Origin: the human T2T-CHM13v2.0 reference genome, Homo sapiens
Length of the DNA stretch: 64,000 nt
Strand: one strand, 5' to 3'
Assembly: GCF_009914755.1 (NCBI RefSeq)
Contig: NC_060928.1
Below are positions 1-15,887 of this stretch, piece by piece. The notes beneath the pieces are model-generated. The model saw only the letters and a program-made list of their open reading frames with translations, did not search any database and was not told where the DNA came from. The translations under genes and the position numbers were made by a program. The first letter of the stretch is position 1. Every line of letters starts with the position of its first letter.

Positions 1-1301
1 ACATGTCAGCTACATGCAAGGAGCAATGAGACCATCGGCTCCAGTCCATCCAAAACAAGAAGCTTGGCATGTCCCCAGATGGTGTGACATTTCAGTCTCC
101 CTTCCAAGGTACTTCAAAGAGACCCACCAAAATGCCTGAGAGTGAATTTTCTTGTGATCTTGGTAGATGGATACCACTCCAGATTTTATTTTATTTAAAA
201 AAATTTAAAAATGGATTCTTTCTTCTATAAACATAAAAGAGAACTTGAGGAGAGCATGGCTAATATTTTGTATATTATCAGACTAAGTACAGAAATTCAG
301 AGGAAGCCAGCACCACACTGTTTTGTCCCTCCAATTTTGATGTTCTAGATGTATATGTATTAGATTTATGCACAGCAATATTAAAATTTTTAAATAGGTC
401 TGAAATTATTATGTCCAAGTTGAGGATTAAATAACTGATTAGACAAGAATAATGCTGCTTTCATTGTTAGCATTAGTGAGAAATGGCCCATAGAGTTAAC
501 CTATACACTGGTACTAAATATTATAGATTACGGTAATAAATATTAGATATAGACATTTTCTTTTCAGTTGGAGAAATAACCCAGAGGAAAGTATATTTTT
601 CTGCCTAGTATTCTCTGCATGAGGCTTTGGCAGAACCCTAAACAATGTATGACATTCAATACTCCTAACACTAATTTGGTCAAAGTAAATAACATTCAAG
701 AAGTTGTCAGGTTGTCCTGGATACCAGAGACATTTCTACTTGCAATGGTAGGAAGAGAAATAAATGCATTTGATGTAGCAGCTGAATCAGGATGCTAGAT
801 CAGGAGAAATATATCTTCATTATGGATGGTACATAGTTTCTGCTATCAACTAAATAAAAAATGCTCTTAAAATGTTGAACATGGAGAAATTTGCTTCCTA
901 AAATCAAGATAGGTTTGCTTTTATAAACTAGTGATAATAATGCAAGAAAAGAAGTCTAATCAACCACATGTTTAAAGTATTTCCTCCATTATGGCACATT
1001 TAAAGAAAGCAATTTTTGTGATTGGATGATATATTGCAAAACATATTAAGGATAGGAAAACAATGCACACTTTCACCTTTGAGATACTGAGTTATGTAGT
1101 TCCATAATTACTGACTTACAAGCACCAGTAGGATTAGACACACCTAACTCATTTAAGCCAAGAGGCAGCCACAGCAACCATTTTCCATGAAGCAAGAAAC
1201 AAGCTACACGTTATTGCCCAGCCCATTTAAAGTATCTGATGATGAAGTAGCCAAAAAGCTATATACAAATTCAAAAATATAGTTGCAATATTTCATGATA
1301 G

Positions 1302-1636
<335 letters not shown>

Positions 1637-1639
1637 TTA

Positions 1640-1930
1640 ATTTTTCATTTAATAAGAGTTCTTATGAATAAAAAAGAGAAAAAGATAAATGACCCAATAG
1701 AAAAAGAGACTAAAGAAAAGGACAAGAAATTCACCAAAAAGGAAGAGTAAATCACCAATAAGTATGTTTAAAATATGCAACCCTAGTAAACGGAAACAAC
1801 AAGATAAGATTTTTTCCTATTCCCATAATATAAGCAACTTTTAAAAAAGATAATGCTAAGTTTTATTGCCACTCTTGATCACCTTGGCAGAAAGCAATTT
1901 GGCAATTTTTAGCAAAAGTTGGAATATTTT
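1640..1930 (+). mobile_element. Old L1 (L1M-type) 3' region fragment
   Basis: A-rich 'aaatgacccaatagaaaaa..gacaagaaattcacc..ggcagaaagcaatttggcaat' resembles the end of L1M ORF2; boundaries approximate. Confidence 0.6.
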
Positions 1931-4139
1931 TTATTCATTTCCAGCTATTCTGTGTGGACCCTGTGCTAGGCATGGGACAAAAAATGTTGAAAAAAGCTCA
2001 GCACATAGACTCCACCAAAGGCAGGAGTACAAAAGGGAAAGGGGGCTGCTACGGTAAATCATACTCATTTTTTCTTAAATGGGTAAGAGTTAGCAAGTTG
2101 ATTGGAGGTAGTGAGGGATAGGGAAGGTTTCTACAAAGTTAATCACTAAAAGCTGCCAAGGCCGTTTAACGGAACTAACGTAATTACTAACCAACTCCCA
2201 GTGCAACTGAGGTAATACAAACAAATTTTTTAGGATGCTGGAAGGCTAAACTAAAAGTGGTCCCCAAAGGATTTTATAAACATGGGGTCAGGGCACAAGC
2301 TGCAAACTAGAAGGGCACATTCTCGGGACCCTCCAGTTATGGCTGATACTTGCAAAACATGAAAGAAATAATGTCTCTGCTCTCCCTGCCCCCACATTCC
2401 AGGTCCTGTTCACATTACCCCCTTAGTGTGTGATTTACAGTGCTGCTTTTAAAATGTAGATTTTTTCAAGCTTTTATTGTTAGCATTTAAGTCATTAGAA
2501 TTGTAGCTCCTCCATATATTTACAGAAATTAACCACATATTCCAAGTGTCAGTCCACACAGCACTCAACTGCAGGTTCTAAGCTTTAAGCTTTTGTTCAT
2601 TTAACACTAATTTGCAGAAATTGGGTTTTCAGACTAATGTACAGTCAGTTCTTTTTTAGATTTATTATCCATTCTTAGAATATTTTTCTTTCATACCTGC
2701 CTTCTTTCTTTTTGTATTTGATTTGAATACTATCGATTGCAATTGTGGGATATATGCATGTGTGTGTTTAATGCGCATTAAGAAATTGTAAATCAAAGAA
2801 TTATAAAGAGAATGTGAGTGTATACAACTCTTTTCTTAGAGCATAGCTCTGATGGATGCTAAAAAAGATTTTTACTAAATGAAAGAAAAATACCAATATA
2901 ACAAATTAGATAGGCTGTTGTAATTGGCAGATGTTGGGTTTTCAATGGAGAAAAAAGACAGTACATTTTAGGCCTACTTTTTTTCCTTGGGTCTAATTGA
3001 AAATTTGGTTCATTGTAAGAACTCACGTGGTAGGCAAGAGCATCTATCCCAGTTCTTCTTTTAACTGTCAAAATAGAGTTTCCATCAGTTGCTGCCTAAG
3101 GGAGCTATGACCTGGATGGAAAATGCCACAAACGATTAAAGCAAACTTTAGTTTTTTGGCTGCCCCAGCATCTTCCCCTTTTTCTCCTGCTGAGGAGTTG
3201 GTTCACTGTGGTCTTGTTTGGAATATTCCATGAAGAATACTGACAATGTATGGGATTCGTCATGGTATGAACAATTTTCATGGATGGAAATACAAAGGCC
3301 AGTGTTAAATGAGAGCCTTTATAGAGGCTTTGAACAGTAATAAATTCCGATGAACAGTCCCCCACCCCTGGGGACCATCTTAATCTTTTTCAGGCACACA
3401 CTAGATACCTTACAGAAGAAGCAGCAGTCCTCCAAGGGACAGAAGGAAAGAACAAAACCAACGGCCTTTCATTCAGGCTGAGAGACAAAATTCACTTCAA
3501 TTTCACAAAACTGTCTTTGGACATGAACCAAATAAAAAATTCTTTTCATAGTTGGCCCAATGACATGCCACCTGAAATTACCAAGCTTGCTTTTCATGTT
3601 GTCTTTGTGTGCATGAGGGCAAGCTAGAGCAATAAACTGCTGGATATTATGATTTATTTTATAGTGTAACCCAAAGCAACATGATCTCTGGTGTATAATA
3701 GAAGATAATATGACTCTTTGAAGCAGAGAGAAGAAAAGGGAGAATAAGCCCTGGTGGCATTAAAATTGAGGGCAAGTAATTTGTCGCCGTAAGGGTTTCA
3801 AGTATTATAGTCCATGAAGGCCTTAACTCTGCTTGGAATGTGGTAAGGTGGCCAGGCCTGTTGTGAAATACTTCTCTGGTAGAAGCTCTGAGCTGACAAG
3901 TTGTACAAAGAAGAGTTGCAAATTAGAAGCTTATTTCTTGTCAACATGTCAGGGGTGGTCCTTAGTCTAATAATCTGAGGGAGACAGGGCCTTGGAAGAA
4001 GCAACAGCAGAAGAGGTGGGCTTCTAATTCAGAGGAGAAAATGGGCTTAAATAACCAAATCTGGATTTTAGCTCAAATTTGCCACAGCCTCCTAAAGTTA
4101 ATGGGCAGGGGCCTTTGAAGGAGGCAAGGAACTGAATAG

Positions 4140-4372
4140 AATGAGCTAGAGCTTTGAAGTCAGACAGACCCTCGTTTGAACTCTTTCTTTATTACCTACT
4201 AACTGTAGGACCTGAGCCTCTCTGAGTCTCAGCCTCTTCTCTGTTAGACGGGTATAATAATAAATACTTCTCAGCATTGTTTTAAAGATTAAGTGAAGTA
4301 ATACGTAACTTTCAGCATTGTTATAAGGATTAAATGGGATAACACAGAGGCAGATCAGTGCAGTGCCTAACC
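4140..4372 (+). mobile_element. MIR SINE
   Basis: 'gctttgaagtcagacagacc..ctctctgagtctcagcctcttctctgt..gattaaatgggataa' is the MIR core. Confidence 0.8.
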
Positions 4373-6317
4373 CATCCTGACTCCTTCTTTACCTATTCCC
4401 CTTGCAAAAGAACACTGCAAAGTCAGATGGTTCTACCACTTTTTCTTGTAAAGCAATTTTCTCTTACTAAGCATTAATCTTCTATAATTTCTGGGTTATA
4501 TATTGACAACTCAATCATGTATTTTGCACTTTTTCTACATCATTGTCATATATGGGAGTATCTTGTGGTTTTTTTGTTAATTTCAATAACAAGTCCTCCT
4601 CTAGGAAAATCACAATGACTCAATCATGATTTCTACTTAAAAATGTACGTCCTGAATCAGTGCAAAGTGGTCAAAACATGAAATAAAGGAGATATAAGGA
4701 AGAATTAGCATTAAGCACACTGTTTGCAACTAAAATACACAACTATGGTTTAAGGAATTATTTCCTAGTAGTAAAATTATTTATGCAGACATAAGTTCTT
4801 TTTGATCAAGGATGGCAGTGAATGTCTCTCCAAGCAAGTTTTATTGGTCACGTCAGACTAAAAGGAGCTATAGCTTGTTTAATAGTGATCTCCTTGTTTT
4901 GTTTCATCGCTACCAAACAATGTATAACACTGAAATTAGACACATCTAATCCCCACATTTCACAGAAGAATAAATTGATTCCCTGGAAGATGTGAGACCT
5001 GCACAGTGTCTGGGGCACAACACAAACCTGGGTCTCTTCTCACAACCTTGGGCTCTTTTTTTTTTTTTTTGAGTTGCTATTTCAGATTCCCTCAAACAGA
5101 CTCCTCTGCTATCATTACAAGCTAGAGACACCTAACCATTTCCTGAAGTTTTGAAAATGTCCCAGTGCTTTCTGATATGGTTTCCACAGAAGCCATGTTT
5201 CCATGTTTGATGACACTGGAAAAAATGCTTTATGCAAATGTGAAGCCAGCAAATGGTTATTGTGGAATAGCCATCCAACGTTCAATCCCAGGAGGTATAA
5301 ATAAGCACAGAAAAATGACCACTCTTTCAAATGATCATCCAGCCCTTTTGAGGTTTCCCTCATCACCAGCCATAAATATCACTTGCTCTTCCACTCATTT
5401 CTGGCCTAGTAATGCACGCCACCAAGAATTAGGAATTTCTCATTTCTAAAGCTGATTTGGCCACCCAAATCAGCTTGTGGGGCCTTGGACAAGTCATTTA
5501 GTAACTTTCTCAATCTTAATCAAAGAGTAAAACCTTCAATTGCACTGTGAAGATGACCTCATTTACATTCACACTTACTAAGGATTCTCATTTTCTAAGC
5601 CGATTTTTTTTTAAAGTGGCACTATCATGTCACATAGATCAAAAAGCTAGCAATGTAATCATATCATCCAAACATAGCAAGATTGGAATGCAGGAAAGAA
5701 AATAGAACAAACTCTTAAAAACATTGCAACTGAAAATAGAAACTTAGTAATGAGTATTCTTACAAATTATGCTATTAAAAGCAAGGCTCTAATAAGCACT
5801 ACTTGTCCATAGAACTTTATCACTTCTCCATTAAAACAAAGTTCTGGCATGAAGCTTCTTTAGGAAGCTCCAGGAACATAGCCTTCATTCTCAGGCTAAG
5901 TTAGGAATAGTTTCTCTATAATCTCACAATCCCTTGATTATGCCAATGTCACTTCACTTATCACATTGAATTATAATGATTTGTTCTTATCTCTGTAGCT
6001 TCCAGGAGACTTGAACTGTTAAGGCAGGAATCATTTCTTATTCATCATGCTAAATCCACTGCCTGGCACAAAATAGGTATCAAATACATAGCTTCTTGAT
6101 ATACAAAAATATGGGCTAGATGGTTGTTTATGGAGGAAGCTATCCAATTCTATTCTCATAGCCAGTGGAGAAATGAAATAGCTTTTCTAAGAGAGTTTTA
6201 TTTTCTCAGCTTATAAAAAGAGACCAATAAGGAACTGGAGTTTTATGAACAATATTTCAGCATCTTCCAGCTATCTTCATCTTAGATGAAGTGCTCTACG
6301 TATGGCTATATTCTGTT

Positions 6318-6348
6318 GACACACAGACACACACACACACACACACAC
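6318..6348. repeat. (CA)n microsatellite
   Basis: Directly visible. Confidence 0.95.
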
Positions 6349-9300
6349 AATCACCAGAAGACATCCAAAAAGAATAAATATTAAAATTCTTATAGGGTTA
6401 TAGGTGTGTGGCAATCAGGGAAATATTAATTTAACCCTCTTCAATAAGAACTACAGATTTTAGTCCAGGGAACATAGTTTCTAAAAAACAGTGGGAGACA
6501 AGTTAATACATCCAAATGAAGAGATCAGCTGGCACACAGAAAATCCCCACTGCTGGGAGAATTTAACTCTGTAGATTGTGGCGAGGTCAAAAGGCCCTTG
6601 TTCCTTCTTGGAAAGATGCTATTTCTCCCGTACATTATTTTCTGTGTGTGGGAATTGCTTGCTGTAGAAATTTGAGTATTGATAACCTAAAGACACTGAA
6701 GAAAACATTCATTCACAACTGTTTGTTATAAATGTTTATCTTTGGCTGGTAGATAAATCCAAGATAATATGGCAAGTTTGCTTTTTGAGGGACAAAAAAA
6801 AAAATCCAAACATAGTAAAGGCAAAAATGTAGGAAATAAACACAGGAGATATACTATTTCTTGCTGTTGACTTAGACAATATTATTTGGAAAATTGTAGT
6901 ATACCTTTTGTTGTAGAACATAACACTAGTTTGTTACTCACTAACATCTCACTCTCAATTCTTTCTCCTTTGCAAGTCGGGGAAGAGAACTAATCTTTGC
7001 CACAGTTTCCAGCAAGTCTGGGTCACCGTCAGCATCACTATCTGCCCTCAACCACCACTGAAGCCTAGGTGCTACTTGGGACCCCCTGTCAGCAACCCAG
7101 GAGCTCCTCCCATGGGAGGGGTGACATTTCACAAAACAGAGAGTGTAGGTGTAGGGATGGAGAAACCAAAGAAGGTGAGGAAGATGGGGGAAAGATGCCA
7201 GAATATTGTCCACAGGACCCCCTCCTTGTGTGGGTCCCAATCTTTAGGAACTTGTCCTTTCTGAAATTCGGGAAGAAGTCCACATTAACTAGAACTTTAA
7301 TCTCTGTCCTTTTCTATTACAATTCCTTTAGGAATTTGTCCTGACAATGTAGAATTAAAAAAATTGCATATACCCAAATAATCTGCTATACTAGTCTTTG
7401 GGAGACTGAATGAACAGAACAACGGAAAACTTGGTTCCTGCGGGACTCTCTGCATGCTGAGCACATGATACTATGAAGTTTGGGGGTGCACTGTAATCTC
7501 TGCCTAGCCAAGAGGTGTGGGGAGAAAGTCCAAAAACTAGAGGAGCATTCTGAAGTGGACAAGCAAGAAAACAATGAGTCCAAACCTTTCTACTAACCCT
7601 GCATGTTAGAGAATGTGTACCAAAGAAATAAGGCAAAAGGCCCAACTCTCAGAAGGTGCAGGAGAGGGAAGAGGAATGGAACATAAACAGAAGCCCAGAC
7701 AATGCCACAGCAGTGTCACAAACCGAGGCTACAGCCTGAAAACCACGAAGGAGTCTTCACATGCAAACAGGACCTAAAGCCCAGCACATCATCTACCAAT
7801 TGTTTCCACCCATCCAACACCCACGGAGGGGCAGGGGGTGGTGACACAGAACACTGGGCATCTGTCGCCATGTGATCTGTTTAATGTAAAATTCAGCACA
7901 TCACATAGATTTTCCTTTATTCCCAAATATCATTTATTTTTAACTTTTTAGGAAAAATATTGTGCTTATTCCTCTATGCAATAAATTGTGCTTGTAGCAT
8001 GTTTCCATGCATACTGAGATTTTGAAGCTCAATAACTCTCCAGATACAATTTGACTGGAAATTAATCATCCCAAATATAATGATCTCAACATCAAGAAAA
8101 ATGTGAAATTTGTAAATAGTAGAATTTATAATGATTTTTCTTTCTTTAACTAAATTATCCATAAGCCTTGACCAAATAAGTGAGAAAAAATTCTTAGCTC
8201 CTCCTCGGTCTCCAGGTTGAGGCTAAGTTATGAGTAGCTGGCAATCAAGTCATTCAAAAAATAATAATATTCACTTTTATATGTGCTTGGAATACCAACT
8301 GAGCTTCTTGTAAAAACTTCAGCTGTTAGTAGAAGACCTGAAACAGGTTTTTCTCGTTTAAGAGGCTGTAATTTTCAAGTTCGTTTCTCAATATGTGGAA
8401 TTTATGAAAAACAAGCCATTGGGTATTATTTTTGCCATGCAAATAAGGATGGTTCACGGGAATGTTTAAATTTTCTTCCCCAACCACTACTTTAAAAAGT
8501 ACCCTGGTTGAAGAGTTCAGTTTCCTGTGCACTTTTCGCATTGACATGGAAGGTGCCCTATAAGAATTCACTCCAATTTTTTCCATCCTGTGTCTCTCTG
8601 TCGTATAACCTGAAGCTACTACATTGCATGGCATGCTTCAGGTCTTTACTCACAATTTACTAAACAAAACCCAGATTCCATGTAAGACTGATTTTTCTCC
8701 CCTGCTTGTTTACTACAATACTAGAAAAGAGGAAATTAGGTCAAAATTAAAACTGACAATGGTTTGGGAGTACTGTTAGATTTAGTATCCTTACCCTCTA
8801 GCACAGACAGACCTTGTTTTATTGAGCTCCTCTTTATGGTGCACCATGGATACCGCATTTCTCACGGATTGAAGGTTTGTGGCAACCTGCACAGAGCAAG
8901 GGAAAATCAGCACTATTTTTCCAAAAATATCCTAACTTTGTCTGTGTGCCACATTTTGGTAATTCTCACAATATTTCAAACTTTTCATCATTATTATATT
9001 TGTCATGGTGATCTGTGATCAGTGATCTTTGATGTTACTATTGTAATTGCTTTATGGTGCCATAAACCGCACCCATATAAAAGGAGAACTTAATCAATAA
9101 ATGTTGTGTGTATTGTGACTGCTCCACCAGCCAGCCATTCCCCATTTCTCTTCTTCTTCTCCAGCTTCTTTATTCCCTCAGACATGACAATATTGAATTT
9201 AGGCCAATAAATAACCCTACAATGGCCTCTAAGTGTCTAAGTGAAAGGAAGAGTTACACATCTCTCACTTTAAATCAAAAGCTAGAAATGAATCAGCTTA

Positions 9301-9944
9301 GTGAGGAAGACATGTAGAAAGCAGAGATAGCCCCAAAAAGAGGCCTTTTGCACCAAATGTTAGCCAAGTTGTGAATGCAAAAGAAAAGTTCTTAAATGAA
9401 ATTGAAAGTGCTATTCTGGTGAACACATGATTGATAAGAAAGCAAAACAGCCTTGTTGCTTTGGTGGCCCAGAAAGGCCACTAAAACCAGCCACAACATT
9501 CCCTTAAGTCAAAGCCTTATCCAGAGTAAGGCCCAACTCTCTACAATTCTGTGTAGGCTAGGAGAGATGAGGAAGCTTTGGAAGAAAAGTTTGAAGCTAG
9601 CAGAGGTTGGTTCATGACGTTTAAGGAAAGAAGCCATCTCCATGACATAAGAGTGCAAGGTGTAGTACCAAGTGCTAATGCAGAAGCTGCAGCAAGTTGT
9701 CCAGAAGATTTAGTTAAGATAACTGATTAAGGTGGCTATACTAAACAGCAGACTTTTTAATGCAGACAAAACAGCCATTTATTGGAAAAAAATGTCATCT
9801 GGGACTTTCATAGCTAGAGAGGAGAAGTCAAAATCTGGCTTCAAAGCTCAAAGACAGGCTGAATCTCTTGTTAGGGGCTAATGAAGCTGGCGACTTTAAG
9901 TTGAAACCACTGCTCACTGACTATTCTTTAAATCCTAGGGCCTT

Positions 9945-10583
<639 letters not shown>

Positions 10584-12532
10584 CTAGGGCCATGAATAAT
10601 TATGCTAAATCTACTCTCCCTGTGCTCTAGAAATGGAAAAACAAAATCTGGATGAAAACTTATCTGTTTACAGCATGGTTTATAAAATATTTGAAGCCCA
10701 CTATTGAAACCTACTTCTCAGAAAAAATTTTTTTTTCAAAACAATATTACTCATTGACAATGCATATAGTTACCCAAGAGCTGTGATGGAAATACATAAG
10801 TGAATGAATGTTGTTTTCATGCCTGCTAACAAAACATCCATTGTAGCCCATGGATTGAGTCATTTTGATTTTCAAGTCTTATTATTTAAGAAATACATTT
10901 AATAAGGCATTAGCTGCCACATATAGTGATTCCTCTGATGGATCTGAGCAAAGCGAATTGAAACCTTATAGAAAAGATTCACCAAATGCCAGTAAAAACA
11001 TCTGTGATTCATGGGAGGAGGTCAAAATATCAACATTAACAAGAATTTGGAAGAAGTTGATTCTGCCCTTCCATGGATGACTTTGAAGAGTTAAGACTTC
11101 AGGGGAGGAAGTCACCACAGCTGTGATAAAAATAGCAAGAGAACTACAATTAGAAGTGGAGCCTGAAGATATGACTGAGTTGTTACAATCTCATGATAAA
11201 ACTTTAACAGACAAGGAGCTGGCTCTTATGAACGTGCAAATAAAGTGGTTTTTTGAGATGGAATATGCTCCTGGTGAAGAAGCTGTGAACGTTGTTGAAA
11301 TGACAAACAAGTATTTAAAATATTACATCAACTTAGTTGCTAAAGCAATAGCAGGGTTTGAGAGGATTGACTCCAATTTGGAAAAAAAGTTCGACTGTGA
11401 GTAAAACAGAGAAATCTTTTGTGAAAGGAAGAGTCAATCTATGTGCAAACTTCAGTGTGGTCTTATTTTAAGAAATCGCCACAGCCACCCTGGCCTTCAG
11501 CAGCTACCACCCTAATCAGTCAACAGCCATCAATATCAAGGCAAGACCTTCCACCAGCAAAAAGATCATGACTCTCTGAAGGCTCAGATCATCATCGGCA
11601 TTTTTTAGCAATAAAGTATTTTTAAAGTAAGGCATGTATATATATTTTTTAGACAAAAGGCTACTGCACACTTAATAGACTACAGAATAGTATAAACATA
11701 ACTTTGATATGTACTGAGGAACCAAAAATTCATATGACTTGCTTTATTGCAATACTCACTTTATTGTGGTGATCTGGTACTGAACTTGCAGTATCTCCAA
11801 GGTATGACTGCCTCTTTATAATTATAAAAGGAAGGCTATGCTTAAGCAAAGAAATAGGATTCAAGATTCAAAGATTTTTTTATATGTAAGATGTATTCAT
11901 TAGTTTTTTGAGAATTATAATTTAAAATGTTTTATTGAAATATGTTAATTACTTTTAAATGCTAGATTTAGATTCTGTATTTGTAGTCTCATACACTATT
12001 CATACAGGATTTTTGCATTTGTTTCTTTTCCAATAAAATAATTGAAAAAATATTACCTAAGTGATTAATCCTTGTTGGAATGCAGCTGAAAGCTTAATGT
12101 GAAATTGGATGTCTCAACTGACATGCTTAATTAAGAATGGAGAACATGAATTCTTCTCTATTATACTTACTGTCAGCAATAAAATGAAAATCAGGAAAAT
12201 ATATCTTGAGATTTCAAAAGCAGATGCATACCCCAGATTCCCCAACCTCAGAAAAGCAGTAGGCCTACAGTCATGGGAGCCAAAGGTCCCCTTGGCTTCA
12301 GCATGGCATCTGCCTTTTTTTCCACTTCTGCTCTGCCTGTTGCTGGAAAGCCCACTCTTTACTCTGAAACACACCAAAGTGCCAATGTTTGGGCACCTTC
12401 TTTCACTTTTCCCTGTTTCCAAGTTCATATAACTGAATCTAGCTTTCTCATGGATTGTATTCAAGTATTTAAAAATGGTAGAATTCACTGTGTTAGTTGT
12501 ATTTTCCCTTGTTCTGCATTTTCTGTCAAGAG

Positions 12533-12804
12533 CAGAGGTTCTCAATCTACAGTTCTCATGCCAAATGATCCTGACTTTTTTTGTAAAGGTCTTAAGCTAA
12601 GAACTTCTTTTATATTTTTAAAGGGTTGGAAAGGAAGAGGAGGCAGAAAAGGAAGAAAGACAGGAAGAAGGAGAAAAATAAGAAGGGGAAGAGAAAGGGG
12701 AGGAAGCAGAGGAAGAAGAAGAGGCTGCCACAGTGTCAGGGCAGAGACAGTAAGTGGCCTGGAAATCCTAAATTATTTTTACAGAAAGATTTTGCAGACC
12801 CCTG
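12533..12804 (+). mobile_element. MER58C-like hAT-Charlie MITE with expanded internal GA-rich tract
   Basis: Ends cagaggttctcaa.. and ..tttgcagacccctg; internal gctaagaa..tttttaaagggttg and cagagac..gtggcc; flanks gtcaagag/gtttagag are each one mismatch from the Charlie target GTCTAGAG. Confidence 0.75.
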
Positions 12805-12999
12805 GTTTAGAGAGATGGCTGCCCTCACTCACAGAATGTGATTTCTTTTTAGATCAGTTAGGACAGGGACATAAGGAAAGTTCAAGAAGAAAAATGTGAC
12901 CAAATTGCTCCTTGTCCAAAGGAACTCTTGATTAAAGCCTTTCCTAAATATTTTCCTGAGTGGCAAACACTGTTCATTGCTTTCTCAACAGATATTCTC

Positions 13000-13496
13000 T
13001 CTCAGTTTTGATCTAGTTGAGAGAGCCATATGCTTCAGGGGAGGCTGGGGCCCTCCACATCTTCAGGAAGGTAAGTTTGAATAGATCCAGTCAAGGCAAT
13101 TCTATCTCCTTGCCAGTGATTGATTTGGGACTTGGGACAAGTTGCAAATCTGGCCAATAAAATGTTAACAGGAAGTCTGCCATGAGATGCCTGAAAATAG
13201 TTCACTCTCTTTTAAAAGGGAAGCCAAGGAAAGAACATGCCTTCTTTTCCCCTGTTTTCAACAAGGCACCTTTAAATCTTGTTGGGTGAAAACACACTGC
13301 CTAGGATTGCCACAGCCATCCTGTAACCCAAAGGCTGGAAATGGCAGAACAGAAAGTCAACCCAAAAAAGAAAAAAATAATAAACCTTCAACCAATGTGC
13401 TTGGGAATTTAGTTTGTAAGACATAAAATGCCTGTATTGTTAAACCTACTTTTAATTGTTTCTTTCCTCTTTTAACCCTAAAGCATTCTGATATAC
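13000..13496 (+). mobile_element. Old ERVL-class LTR (LTR33/LTR16-like)
   Basis: 'ctggccaataaaatg..ggaagtctgc', 'gccacagccatcctgtaacc', 'ttgttaaacctacttttaattg..aaagcattctgatata'; boundaries approximate. Confidence 0.55.
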
Positions 13497-13686
13497 CTAG
13501 TAAAGGCAACAGCTTGTAGGAAAATCTTCTTGGCTATTTCTACTGTTTCACAATAGAAAGTAAAAATTATGAAATGCTGGCCTTGTCTTAATGCAATGGA
13601 ACAACCAATTTATTAATCCATCCCTTCAGACACACCACCTTTTAATCTAGGGTAAACACATTTATGGATGCAACTTTTATGAATAA

Positions 13687-14028
<342 letters not shown>

Positions 14029-15019
14029 TGAATCTTTCTAACCATTAGTAAATAAATGGTTTAAGTTGTGTTCAGAAGAGAAATTAGATATTGACATAAT
14101 GTATCAAGTAGGACACCATGAGTTTCTAAAATGAATTTTGGATAGATGCATCTTTTCACTCACAGATATCTTTGAATAATATAATGGACAAATTGCAATG
14201 AATGTCAAATTATTGAGTGCAATTAATTTTAAGAGTCAAGCAGGATTGGCAAAAGGACAGAGCAACTCTTAAAACCCATGAAGCTCACATCTCCTCCCCA
14301 TGCTACCACCTCTCACACTCTCCCCACCCATGCAGACACATTACATACTCCTCTCATCCGGCATGCTGTTGGCCATGTGTGCTACCACACTTGCAAGAAG
14401 TTACAATAGTTTATTCTAAATGTCTCGGCTTTTACAGCCTAAACTGAGGCCGTTAGTGGCACTTGGAAATTATTTTTGTGGTTTACTTTTATAGATAACA
14501 CATTTCCCACCCCTACCCCCTTTCTGCTGGCTCCTTAAGAAATTTGGTTGAGGGAAACCACACAGAATTCTGAAATCTGTAGGCCAGGTGCCCACATCAC
14601 AGTGACTTGGATCCCCACGCTGGTGGCTTTTGGCAAGACATCAAAGTCTGTTCTTTCTCCTATTATCATTCCTAACAGGAAATTTGACTCCAGTGCATAT
14701 ATATAATATTTTCAGTAGCCTTAACTCATAACCCATTAATTACTTTTGGTTTTATTTATTGTGCTTCTGGTATTTCTCTTAAATTTAAAACTCTCCAAGA
14801 GTCTTTTAATTTTAATATTATACCATTATTTATGGGAAATTGTAGCGGGGTACTGGTAGTAGTAAGAAGGAAAAAAAATTGATGAAAAATTCTTGTTACT
14901 GTTCTCTTCCCAGATCACTTAGTTCACCAACTTCCTTTATTTTATGTCATATGCTGTTGTCTTGATGTCAGCCCAGGATCTTTCCTTGGTTCTATCTCAG
15001 CACAGACACAGGCAAGTTA

Positions 15020-15350
15020 CTTTATTCACTTGCTCCCGTGTTCACTATTCCACATGTATGTATTCATAAGACACTATGAGCCAGAATTTTACAAAGGCCC
15101 TGGGGGATTCAGTGATGAACAAGACAGACACAATCCATGTCACTATGGAGCTCACATTCTCATAGAGAGGATAGATCCAAAACAAGAAAAAAAATATGAC
15201 AATGCGTGGTGTCATAAAGGAAACCAAGGAGGAGCCATGAGAAAAAATAGGCCATTTTTTCCCTTGGAGAGGATATCTGGGGAAGGCCTCTTTGAGGAGG
15301 TGAGTTGTGAAGGGACAAGAAAGAGACAGCCATATGGACACTGGAGTTAA
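15020..15350 (-). mobile_element. L2 LINE fragment
   Basis: 'cagtgatgaacaagacagacacaatcc..tggagctcacattct..gggaaggcctctttgaggaggtga' is typical antisense L2. Confidence 0.75.
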
Positions 15351-15887
15351 GACTATCAGTCACAGTAGCGACTCTGGTTTTCTCAAGTTCATATTGTTGT
15401 ACTGTAAGAGCAGAGGCATTCTAACTTTCCAGCAGCTTCCAAGTGGAAGAGTTTTTATTGCCTTGGTGGCTTTCCTTAACAATTGAACAGAACCACAAGG
15501 GAGAAAGACCTTTTTTTCAGGGAAGCTGGGGTAGGTAGAGTTGGCCTCTGACCTAAGATTTTGTCCAGTGACTTTTCTGTTGGAACGGAATGTCTAAGAA
15601 AACCCAAGGAAGAAGTGAAGTCTCTAAGAAATGTCAGGCAGAAATCACCCGGGGGCAAAATCCACCTGAAAATGTTGATTAGCCTCTCCCTTTCCCTCTT
15701 TCATCCACATCCTTATCTCTATATACTCACATGGTAGAAGGTCAGATTGTTTTCCTTAAGAAGAATTTTCTCATGTAAAATATTAATGCAATCTGAATTG
15801 CATAATTTTACCATATTCTATTATCTGAAATTAGTTATAATAATTCAATGCTTTCACCCCATACCACATAAATACAAAGCATTTTTT

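Noticed and set aside
5431-5606. Two similar ~27-mers (aggaatttctcatttctaaagctgattt and aggattctcattttctaagccgattt) 150 bp apart
   Set aside because: AT-rich and needs several gaps; cannot distinguish an old duplication from chance
12273-12899. 208-aa ORF with RG/K-rich segment
   Set aside because: Runs through a MER58C-like MITE and a stop-poor GA tract; no recognisable domain
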